Source: Camelus ferus
Lineage: Eukaryota
DNA length: 64,000 nt
NCBI RefSeq assembly: GCF_009834535.1
Contig: NC_045697.1
Location: 93,808,001-93,872,000 of the forward strand
Reading direction: 5' to 3'
Part shown: positions 53,001 through 64,000 of the stretch, in pieces
How the letters are laid out: each line of letters begins with the position of its first letter
Position numbering within the stretch: position 1 is the stretch's first letter
Made by a program: the position numbers and the translations under genes
Notes under the pieces: generated by a model
The model's database searches: none
What the model was told of the DNA's origin: nothing
Seen by the model: only the letters and a program-made list of their open reading frames with translations

Positions 53001-54299
53001 GAAAAGTTTCAGAACACAATTGCACATTTTCTAATGAAATGACAAAGTTGTTTCTATTCTTTGACAAAGTTCCATATCTGAGGTTAATGACAATGTCTTA
53101 AAAGGGCACAAGTTTTGAAGGAGAGTAGAGTTAGTTTAGAAAATTGAAGGAAAAAGAAGGGGAAAATATATGGATAAGTACAGTGTACAGGGCAGTAAAT
53201 AAGAATAAAAGTGAAAATAGGTAATCAGGAATATGAGTTAGTCTAAAACTCAAATAAGAGGTATATCACCATCAATATGAGTTGTAAAATTTGTACATGC
53301 CTGCTGCTAAATTTTTTCAGGTTATGTCCAAATAAGCATTCAAATAATAATAATAAAAAGAAGTGTCAAAACTTCTCCATGCTGAATAATAGTAAATCAG
53401 CTTGTTTGTACAGGAAACATTATTATTTACTGGTTCCCTGAGTAGTCACTGTTAGAATTTAGTACAAAATATGAAGGATGAAAGTGATTTGTATACTCCA
53501 AATAAATAAATGAGCAGCAATGGTGGGAGGAAGCACTTGTCACTTCTCATTTCTTTTATTAATGAATTATTCTCCATACCCCATCTAAAAAAGGAAGTTA
53601 CTTAGCTTTAGCCAGTTGACAAGTTGACATCCTCATAATGCACCTTATGATTAATCACAATCAAAATAACAATGAAGCATGGACTATACTCAAAGCAGAG
53701 AAAAGTTCTAGTAAAGTTAGAAGTCAGTAGAGTATTTTCTCAGTTTTACTTCTAGAGTTTTTCTAGTATGCTGTAACTTAGTAAGCAATCATTGAAGATC
53801 TCTCTATAGGCATAGAGAATTAAGTTTTTCTGGGACTTAAGATACACTTATGTTAACAATATAGTTTAAGAATAAAAAAAGTACTGATGAATATTTACAA
53901 AGTATCACATGGGAAAGATAATCTAGCAATGTTTTGATATTAAGAGTCTTGAGAAAATAAGAGACAATGCAGGGGGCAGGAATTATACTTAAAAGTGAAA
54001 TATGTTGATTTTGGTGTTGAACTAATAGATATTATATCTATGCAAAGAAGACAGAAATGGTAGAACTATGACAGTGAGCCTAAAAATAAGCAAATACTCC
54101 AATTTTCTAAAGTAATGGTTGCATATATGGAAGTGACTAGATGAACGGTGCTTAAAAAAAGAAAAAGAAAACAAGGTTTTTGAACAAGAATTATTGTATA
54201 ATGATATATTATTTAAAGTAAATTAGTTGTCATTTGTGGGAGGAACTGGAAGGACTGGAGACTAAAGAGAAACCGAGGACTTGTTGAAGAGACATCCAA

Positions 54300-55100
54300 A
54301 TACGTGAAAGAAGATATAGTAACGGTTACGACCCATCCATAGTCTCACCTTCATGCATTCAATAACCTGTCTTTCCAGCTCACTTGTATCTTGACTCCAA
54401 TGATCCTTCAGCTCCACCAGGACTTCCAATGCATTTGGGCTGATCAACTTTGATTTTCTTTAGTATTTGATAGCTCTTTGATATTTTTGCTTTCCAGCTC
54501 CCTACTTGGAACCTGTACCAATGCAGGAAAATGTGGCTAGAGAATAACATACCCCAACAATTGCTACCACTTAAAGATAAAGTGAGTGCAGTGAGTCAAA
54601 AAAGCCACCATGCGATCATACTGTACTTTACTAGTCTACTGACTCTCCCATCTTCAACATTTCCTCCAGGTTTTCTTTATCCTTCACCCCTGAACTTCCT
54701 TCCAATCCTCATTCTTTTCCAATAACCTTGCTTTTGAATTCTCTGAGGAAACTGATGTAATCAGAATGAATTTTCCCACAAACTGACAATCTAGTCACAT
54801 ATTTTGCCTTCTTGATTCATCTTTTAAGTTACCTGTGTATTTACTAGATTCCATACCCTTTCTCCATGTCAAGGATGTCATTCCAGTAAGATTCCACTGG
54901 TCCTTTGACTGTGCTTTAAATTTTTTTTTCATACTCAACTGTATAATTCCTTTCAGCATAAAAAAGTAAATTCCTCCTGTCTTAACTGAACCTCCCTTTC
55001 CCAGAATTCACCCCAATAGCTATGCACCATTTATTGGCTCAACATTGCAGCAACATTCATCAAAAAGATGTATATGGTCCTTTCTCCTATGCCGCTCCAC
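54300..55100 (+). mobile_element. L2 ORF2 remnant
   Basis: Pyrimidine-rich decayed L2 motifs (ctccaatgatcctt, ctagattccataccctttctcc...tcaaggatgtcattccag, ttcctttcagcata). Confidence 0.55.
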
Positions 55101-55104
55101 GTAT

Positions 55105-55280
55105 TTATTTTGTGTTATAATTGATATAAAACTGCACACATTTAAAGAGTGCAAATAACTGTTTTAACATATGTATACAGCCATGAAACCATCAACACAA
55201 TGAAGGCAGTGCGCATTATTGGATACATCATCGTTATCACTTGGTAATCCCTCTCTCCTTCCCCTTCTACCTCCACACTT
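55105..55280 (-). mobile_element. L1MB-like 3' end
   Basis: tataattgatataaaactgcacacatttaaagagtgca...tgtatacagccatgaaaccatcaacacaat. Confidence 0.75.
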
Positions 55281-55439
55281 GGTCTTGGGCTTCTCTTTCT
55301 TGGGAGGTTTTTGAACTTCAATGGACTGGGTCAGTTTTGAACACTGTCACTGCAGTAGTAACTGAATTGGTAAGAAATAGTACCTGAATATTTAATAAAA
55401 TTAGACATTCCCTCAGCCTATTTGTAAGGTCTTCATAAC

Positions 55440-55495
55440 TTTTTTAAATTGAAGTATAGTCAGTTTACAATGTTGTGTCAATTTCTAGTGTACAT
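55440..55495 (-). mobile_element. Very short lineage-specific L1 3' terminus
   Basis: tttttttaaattgaagtatagtcagtttacaatgttgtgtcaatttctagtgta is the reverse complement of an end like that of the 47-kb L1 (aatttgacacaacattgtaaa). Confidence 0.85.
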
Positions 55496-58400
55496 AATTT
55501 CATTTAATTTGAAAGTAATACAATATGTTTTTTTCCCACATCCAAGTTTACGGACTAAAATTCTAAATGTAGCAACATTTTCATTTGCCCAAAACAACCA
55601 AAAACATGATTTGTCATTTCTGAAGTATTCAGTTATTTTCCATCACCTACTACTACATATGTGCTGAAGAAGTCATTTAATAATAGGTTTGCATATTATT
55701 TAAGTGCATATAATTTAGAAGGTAAAGGCATTTTTGAAACATTTGTTATGTGTCTACACCACAGGTACTGCTGGTATATCTACAGGCAGGAATTTATTTA
55801 ATTTTTTTACAAAGCCTTGATTTTTCATGTTAGTTTAGCCTAAATATCTCCTGCCTCCCTTCCTCATCTTTCTTTCACTATGCCTTACACAGTACTAAAT
55901 GCATTATTGAGGAATAGTGTTCTAAATAGTCTCTTCTCTATTCATAAATACCAAAATGAAAATGTGCCCTTTATAAATTTTAGCTGATTATATTAAAAAG
56001 GACAAATACTAATTCTCCATCTTTTAGAATATAAAAATGTGACTAAAGCATTATGAAACATTTTCCATCAACTTCCAGTAACTTAGTAGTTCTCTTTTTG
56101 ATAACGAATAAAATACGACCTTGTAGATGTTTGTGTTAAAAAGAGGCGTGTGAAAGAGCATACATATGCGTGTGCAATTACACATACAAATTAGACTTCA
56201 GAATAGTAGTGGTGCTTTGAGAGCTGGCTGGGAAAACAAATAAATGGAGCCTGCTTTCTACTTCACTGCTGAGTGCACCAGGCATTTATCAAGACACACT
56301 CACTAATTTTAGAGTTAAATCAAACAATCTTTTCAAATTACCATGAACTTTAAAAATCTATAGAAGTAATTCTTCTTTATTTAATCAAACTAAAAAAAAC
56401 ACAAGTTTCCTTGAGACACAGTATGAGAAACCATCATTCAATTAATAACTCTGGAAGAGTGTGTGGTATCTTAATAGAACTACTTTATTAAAATCCTTAT
56501 AAATAATAACATACATAAACGTCACAAACACAAAAATCTGATACAAACAATAAAATCTGTATTTTTGCCACTGACTTCTTTTCATTTATGTTAATTCTAA
56601 GTGCCTTTTTATAATTCATAACTGAAATATCCTTTAAGCTAAATTGTTGTGAATCTCAAAACTTAGTCCATTAAAGATCTGTAAGGTTTATAAGGATATA
56701 TCATCGGGTTTTAAGGCTTTCTGTGTATACTAAAATTGAATTGTTATGTAGTACTTAATATCTTGGAATAACATTCTTTCTAAAATTTATACAGAAAGCA
56801 GGAACACTGGTTTATACAATTTTTCTAATCAGCACATCCCTAAATACTAGTAGTTTATTTGGTTATTTTTTCCCCTGCTTTAGTCATGAATAAACTATTT
56901 ACTTTGATGCTTATCAGAAAGAAAGTGGGGTGTATAATTTACTGCCTAAACTCCACACTTTTGTATTGAAAAGAGCTGCAAAATGTCTACTTTGTTAAAT
57001 TTATATTCTTTCTAAAACGATTAAAAGCTCTGTAGCCAGACACAGTTAAAGGCAATTTTTAAAATATTCTTATTAATGATTAAACATAAGATCTGCAGAA
57101 TACACATTACATATGTTTAAGGTGAAAATATAATTTACCGTCAACTAGGGACAATTTTGAGGGTGCAACAGGATATTAATGATTACAGCAACAAATGTTC
57201 CTTACTACAGCATGTCTTGGACAAGATGGATGTATGGGCAAACCATAAATTTCAGTTTTTTTATTCATATCTGCTTCTAATACTTTATCACTATCACTGA
57301 TATTTTCCCACAAAATCCTTTTATTTAAAGAAAATTGACATATTTGGCTAATTTTATAAAAACATATTTTTATAAAATTTTTCCTATATATTTTATAATA
57401 CATTTGAAATTTTGGATCTCTTGATTTGATTACTTTCTATATATGCAACATTTTTACATGAGGAATACTGACTGCCAGAGCTGAGGAAGCTGGCGAGCTC
57501 AGCTGCAATTCTGTGTAACTGGATCCTCCCGGTTCTGTTTTTCCTTATTAAAACATACAAACACGTAAGCCTAAATAGTTTTATCAGTAGTTTTGGTTTC
57601 TACTATCACTACTTTACTTCTACAAATACTATACAAAACAAAGCTCACTAAATATTTTGTTTCCCTTTTGTGTTCTTTTGACTGCTTCCCCAAATTAAGA
57701 TTCTACACAATTATAGGCTTTCCCATTTTCATTTTCTTTCAGAAAAAAAAGTACAAATATATCCCATTTAAATAATAATCAAATCCAAAAATGTCTTGAC
57801 TCAGCTTGAGTTATTTCAAATCACAATTCTAGAATTTCAAAGTTTAACCTAATATACAAGCTCTTTGATTTAATTATCCAGTTACTAAATTGAGTAAACT
57901 AATCTTGATTTTCTACTTTGCTTTTACTGGGATAAATGTTACTGTCCTTCGATATCCAAGTTTTATTTTAAACATCTTCAATTTGACAACCTGGGGTTTT
58001 TGAGGCTTCATGTGTTAAATAACTTGATAAAATATTTCTGAGGCCTGATTTTAACAACATATAACAGCATATAGAAAACTCATTAACAGAAAAAGTTAAA
58101 TAACATTGTAGAAAACTTAGGTTGATTTACCAAGTAATTCTTTAAATGCACAAATATTTCTAAAGTCAAATTGATGCAGGATAGCAAAGAGAGAACTGTA
58201 TACTGTTATTTAGAATATTAAAAAAATAAATATCAGTATTTTTGAAATTTAGTTTGGTAGTTCAACTGTGAAGACATAAATAATTGTGAAGTTGTCAAGG
58301 ACAACTTATATGTCAGTTACTATAATATTGCCACTTTTTTTTAGTTGCAGTAATACATTATGTATATAACACAACCAATTCCAAATGCATTTATTTGTTA

Positions 58401-59496
58401 CAAGTTTCATAATGTGGTAGGAGCACTGCTTTTATTACAATACTGTGCGCCATCAAAACTGACTTCTTATTGGCAGCATCTGATAACACTGAAATAATTT
58501 AACAGTGATGATTTTCTTACTAATGGAGTTAACACATTAGATATTACTGTGAATTTTGTACATTCACAGAAATACTGGGAAACAATAATTAGCCAGATTA
58601 ATTTAGGAGAGTAACCCTTTGATGTAAATTATAGTCATCTCTCTGCTTTCACCTCCAAATGACAGAATCAGAAATCAAGAGTCTGTATAATTAAAACATC
58701 CATCTCAAATTCAGCATTTTGAGTTCCCAAACTGCAGTTTCTCCTAAGAAAATATTTTCTCAGCAACTTTTATCCCTGTTATTTTTCAGCACTTAGCTTC
58801 TGCACCATTAGACTGGATATTTTCCTTGCATCTTCATATTATCTTTTCCCTCAAGACCACTAACAACTCCCGGAAATGATTAATGCAAAAATTGACTTGA
58901 ACAGAGACCTCCTTAGAGCCCTCCGATGTGGGTGAAAGTGCATCTTCTGTCACCTTCTGGGCAACAACAGCTTTTAATTTCCATGGTCTAACAGATAAAT
59001 AAAAACATGTAACTGTCTAGGTTCAGAAAGTTATCTTCCTTTTAGTCCCTGGTGAGTTAGAAAATTCAGCTGCCCCAAGTCTTGTGACACTAAATTGGCA
59101 CCAGAAGTTTTGGTAGGGGTTTGGAAACCAGACAGTAGACTATGGCCAGCTTTCAATAGCCCCAGGGTACCTGGAGGGAGAAATCTGAACTCGGTAATTG
59201 ACACATAACAAGAACATCCATGTGGAATGTAGTCTCCAGTCTAGAAAGTAAAAATGCAGGGGGCTGGTGTTTTGGGGCTTTTCACTCCCAAGAGGCTGTT
59301 AAGATCAACTAATTTTTAGCACAATTCCATGAGGAATCAGAACTCTACTAAAATCCGGCAGACACTCCTTATTACTTTTCATCTCATACAGCCTTTGTAT
59401 TTCTTGTTTGTTGTTTCAATAAGAAACCAAGTTTAAAGCAATCTTAAGTTGGACCGGTCACCTGACTAATCCCCAAATATAAGCCAGACTTTTATA

Positions 59497-59986
59497 TGGA
59501 TCTTTCGGGACTTACAATGGGGTTATATCCTGATAAACTCATCGTAAGTTGAAAATATCATTAAGTCAAAAATACAGTTAATACATGTAACCTGCCTTAA
59601 GTGTGCTCAGAACACGTTAGCCCACAGTTGGGCAAAATCATCTAACACAAAACCTATTTTATAATAAAGTGCTGAATAGCTCATGTAATGTAATGAATAC
59701 TGCACTGAAAGTGAAAAATAGAATGGCTGTCTGGGTGCAGAATGGTTGTCAGTGTACTGGTTGTTTACGCTTGTGATCACTTGGTTAACTGGGACCTGTG
59801 GCTTGTTGCCACTGCCCAGCATCATGAGAGAGAGAGAGAGGGAGGGAGTGTCCCATACAGCTTATCACTAAGCCCTAAAAGATCAAAATTCAAAATCTGA
59901 AGCACAGCATCTACTGGACATATACTGCTTTCACACCATCATAAAGTCAAAAAAATCTTGCTGAACCATTGTAAATCGTGTATCTA
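59497..59986 (+). mobile_element. Tigger5/MER47-family element (Tigger5b-like)
   Basis: gacttacaatggggttatatcctgataaactcatcgtaagttgaaaatatc...gttgggcaaaatcatctaacacaaa...gctttcacaccatcataaagtc. Confidence 0.9.
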
Positions 59987-60249
59987 TATGTCTGGCTCTT
60001 TTGACTGTGACTTGAAGGTTTTGAACTCAGAAGAGGCACATTACAAACTCTGTTAGACTTGTCTGTAGTGGCAGAATTGTCTCTTTCACATACGGAGAGT
60101 AGTTAACAATTACATCACCCCTGTTTAAATCCCTTTTGTTGTGTTAACTGTACTTCTAGATAATCTTCCCTTGATCTTCTTCATTGAGGGTTTAATTCTC
60201 TCCTTTTCAGCTATAGCTAATATATTGAACTCTTTCAAAAATAAAGTTT

Positions 60250-60495
60250 CAAATAATATATAAATACATGTGAAACACTCTAAATCATAAATGTACAGAT
60301 CAATGAATTTCACAAAGCGTAAAGAAGCATCCAGATTACAAATAGAAAATTAGTGGCAGTGCCGAAGTCCCCCTGTCTTCATCTCTCAGATATGTTTAAC
60401 CCAAATGCCATCAATTGGTCCTTTGACTTTTAACAGAAAAATACTTTGCCTGGTTATGAACATTATGTAAACAGATTCATGTGTACTTTTTTCCA
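60250..60495 (-). mobile_element. Old L1ME-type 3' end
   Basis: aatcataaatgtacagatcaatgaatttcacaaag...tttgcctggttatgaacattatgtaaa. Confidence 0.65.
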
Positions 60496-62261
60496 CTTCA
60501 TGGAATAATGAAGTAGCTTCTACTCAGGAATACAGTTATTGTATCCAGAAAAGGAGAAAATGTATGTAGATGTAAAGCAAACATGAGAGCACTCCAGGTA
60601 ACAGCATTATAACCAATGTAATTAAATGCAAGGGTTCCCCCATTGAGTGAAGGGACATTTGGTACTTCAGTTAGTATCTCATTGTACAAACAAGATAAAA
60701 GGAGATGAAAATCCATGTGAGCTCATTTATTAGATAATCTTCTATAGGTGAGCATTTATTTTCATGTTTTTCTTTTAAACAAACCATTCATTATTAGGGT
60801 AGTAACATTAACATTTTCGAAATGTGTCACAGAACTTAGAAAGGAACTGTGTAACTGCACATTACATACAGTTTTTCCAAAAGGCCTTTTTAAGACTTTT
60901 AGTTGTTAAAAAAATAGTTCCAGAAAGTCCTATTTTGGAAATTCTAAAACAAAAATCACAGTATTGACATTGTAAATGACTTTTAAAGGGCAGAAAACTT
61001 AATAGCCCTCTTTGATAGAGTCTGTAGTTCACATTACAAAACATCAAGGAAATGACCAAGTTAGCCTTGGTTCTCAAGGTCCCTCTGTTTGTTTGTTTTT
61101 ATTTTCCCTTCTACTTTCATATTATAGTTGAGTTCAAATAGTGAGCTTCAGAGCAACACAATACTGTACATATCCTCAATTTAATATATTTAAGAAGTCA
61201 TTACTAATAGTTTTTTCCCTTGTTCTGAAAATGTTGAAATAACCCCAAAAGCTAAGGGGTTATAAAGATCACTTATTTTTCTATGTCTCAATCTGTCTGA
61301 TTATAAGATGAGAACAATGTGTCCCATCTACTGTGGTCTTTGGGATTTAAGACATAATGAGTACAAAAAGTTTCTAAGGACTTTACAAGAAAGCAGGCAC
61401 ATAAATAGTATTAATAACACGCCTGCTAGATGGCAACGGGAAAGGTGTGAAACAGTATCTCCAAATATGAAACAAAGTCAAAACATACACTTTTATCATC
61501 TCTTAGCACTACTTCTAAGAAGATCAAAGACCTCCTCTGTGTAATAATCTTTGAAAGCTATTTAGCTCAAATTTTTTAAAAAAGCCAAAATAATGGGGAA
61601 AAAAAGTTTGTAGCATTAATAAAAAATATAAAAGTTTAATACAGACCTATAGAATAATGTCAGATAACATGGTAAATAATGCTTAAAAAAAAGCCCAAAA
61701 ACTACCAAACTCTTTGAATCAGGATGAAAATGGAATATGTTTGTCTGTCATCTATAAAAATTCGTGTCATTTTAGAAGTAGGGAAAGTAGCTGGATAAGT
61801 ACACAAATGGTCTTTTATTCTATCTTCTTTAAGAAGGCGTGTGATCTTCAAAATGGAAAGAACAAAAGAAGATACGGAGAACATAACCCAAGTCAAGAAA
61901 TCACGCTGCCCTGAATGAATTCAAATCTACAGGCCTGAGGGAGTAAGAGGAGCCATTGGCAGCTACCCGCCAAACCAGATTTGACAGTCTTTAAGTAATA
62001 ATCGGGAAAGAAAGACTTTTCTGAAAACCGAAAACTGTAAAAAAGAATTCTCTGACTTTGCTTAAGATAGAATACCAAGAGGGTGATTTTGAATTTCTTG
62101 TAACAGAAGTAACTCTTAAGAAGTCAAAGCCTTTGGAACTGGAATACATACTAGAGTCCAGCTGTCTCAACACAATAATGTTACAGATTGTAAAATCAAA
62201 GTGCTGAAATTTTAGGGATTTTTCTACAACTTTTGCCAAATGACACTATATTATCGTATTG

Positions 62262-62400
62262 GAAATTGAGCAAGCCATGTAAACTTCTCGTGCCTCAGTT
62301 TCTTCATATATAAAATGAGACTAAACAAGGCTGATGCTAAAAATAAACAAACAAACAAACAAGAAAACAAGGCTGATGCTTAAAATTTCCCAAGCCAAAT
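62262..62400 (+). mobile_element. MIR core fragment carrying a TSD-flanked A-rich insertion
   Basis: ttgagcaagccatgtaaacttctcgtgcctcagtttcttcatatataaaatgag is MIR core; 16-bp direct repeat aaacaaggctgatgct at 62323-62338 and 62365-62380. Confidence 0.8.
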
Positions 62401-62995
62401 CTAAAATTTATACATTTATACATTCTAGTACAATATTTTAGATTCTCTTTACACCTGAAAAAACTAAACCTATGTCTATATGACTCCAGTATCATACATC
62501 CATTTATGTGTCATTTTCCACTTTTATATGCACACTGAAAAAAAAAAACATATAGTGAGTGTGGATTTTATTCAGTAGCCCCCACGGTCTTTTATGCCTT
62601 TCCACATGGAAACCTAAATCCTTCCACGTTTCTTGTCCTTGGAGCAATAATAACCTCAAGGTCCTCTTGTCTTTCCATCCCATGCTTTTTCTGCTAAAGT
62701 TTCCTCTTCCTCTAAAATCTGCCCAGACTCCCTTCCCAATTCTCTTTGCTTGAACTTTTATTTCTTATTCTATTCCTCTGGTGGTCTTGACAGCGTTCCT
62801 TAAAACAGTCTGCTAAAGAAGTTGCAAGTAGCTGTCATTAACATTTATTTACATAGGGTGTCTGACAGCAGTGCTAGCTGATTTTCTCACTGGGTTCCTG
62901 AAAACACCTGAGACCTACTAGGAAACAATCTTGCATTTCATAAATAGAAGATGTGGCAGACTGATGCGGGGCTGGAAGGTAGGGAGACACTAGAG

Positions 62996-63168
62996 CATAG
63001 CGATTTTTTTTAACCATAGAATCACTAGGTGATCTTTAATAAAATCACTGTGACCAAGCTGCTCTCTATACCAATTAAATCAGAATTTCTGGAGGTAGGA
63101 CCCTGGCATCCGTATCTTTGAAAAGCTCTGCAGAAGATTCCATGTACAGTCAAGATCAAAAACTACTG
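62996..63168. mobile_element. MER5-family hAT-Charlie MITE
   Basis: agaatcactaggtgatcttt...ccaattaaatcagaatttctggaggtaggaccctggcatc...aaaagctc...aaaaactactg. Confidence 0.8.
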
Positions 63169-64000
63169 TTTAGAACAAATATCCCTTGAGATTTTCAGCT
63201 CCTTCAAGGCAAGAAAGGTTAGAAACAGAGTCTCTCTAGGACTTGGTGGAAGTCATTGTTGCATAAGAGGAGACACAAGGCCAAATAAGAGGAAAGAACA
63301 AAGCTATCTGATTAGTCTACCAATAGCTCAGATTATATATAAGCGATATTAACAGCAGATTTACAGAGCACTGGATTTTTTCAAAAAGAAAGACTGTTTC
63401 TTTTCAGCAAGCAAACCAACAGGAATGATCTCTTACTTCTAGCATCTTAACTCACACAAGTTAGGCAAGGAATCTCAGAAATAAACCATAACTGAAAAGA
63501 AAAATCAAACTGATGAGATACAGCACACTTCCTAAACAACACTGTTAATCTTTAAGAATCGTGACAAGACAATGTACTTTTTTGTGATTAAAATATTATA
63601 TTGTAAAATAAAAATGCTAGAGTGTTTTTTTATTTCTTTGCTTCTCCAGTTAAATTACCATTTACTGTTTATAAATAAATATCTCTTCTCCATTATTTCA
63701 GAAAGTTCTATAGGATAGAATTACTTTGGACAGTAACAATGATCTTAAATATCTTCAATGGCTCTCCAAAGTGAATATTAATTATGTCACACAATCTATA
63801 TTATATAAGCCCAGATAGTTGAAACATGACAGGTGGAAAATCTATCCACAGATTTTGTGTGATGATTTAACAAGTCAATATGCAAAGTTAATTGTATTTA
63901 GTTTCTTTTTTGGAGGTCTTATTCTGTGACTACATAATTGCTTACCATTTCTGACCGCTCTTCTCAGGCCTTTTTAGGAAACCTCCAATAAATATCATGT

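Noticed and set aside
61852..61917. Short ORF MERTKEDTENITQVKKSRCPE after an acceptor-like site
   Set aside because: Only 21 codons, no recognisable homology and no convincing donor; compatible with chance.
377..62753. The many 60-126 aa ORFs in the supplied track
   Set aside because: Apart from L1 fragments they are low-complexity F/L/I/K-rich chance ORFs or antisense repeat reads, with no recognisable domains or coherent exon structure.
1..64000. CRISPR arrays, operons, rRNA/tRNA genes, CpG-island promoter, horizontally acquired or mitochondrial insert
   Set aside because: No repeat-spacer array, no gene-dense or compositionally foreign block, and no complete structured RNA gene seen; the sequence is CpG-depleted mammalian DNA throughout.

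Overview
AT-rich eutherian mammalian genomic DNA with no recognisable protein-coding gene, RNA gene or CpG-island promoter; it reads as intergenic or deep-intronic sequence. Much of it is transposon debris: LINE-1 fragments of several ages, L2 and MIR, TcMar-Tigger and hAT DNA transposons, solo LTRs, and a decayed two-LTR ERV-L provirus at about 11.7-16.1 kb. I saw no Alu, B1, Bov-tA, PRE or Can-SINE copies, and the young L1 3' ends resemble camelid L1s, so an alpaca/camel-like host is my inference. The only ORFs with recognisable proteins are L1 ORF2p fragments. The most notable items are (i) a poly(A)-tailed, TSD-flanked retrocopy of an unidentified transcript 3' end, with a MIR-derived poly(A) signal, inserted inside the ERV-L, (ii) an AT-rich but CpG-retaining, motif-dense 500-bp element at 6.4-6.9 kb, (iii) a young TSD-flanked L1 at 47 kb, and (iv) a tail-only insertion turning into an (AAAC)n microsatellite. 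I found no evidence of a new multi-gene system. Repeat family names come from recalled consensus sequences, not a database search, and boundaries of old repeats are approximate.
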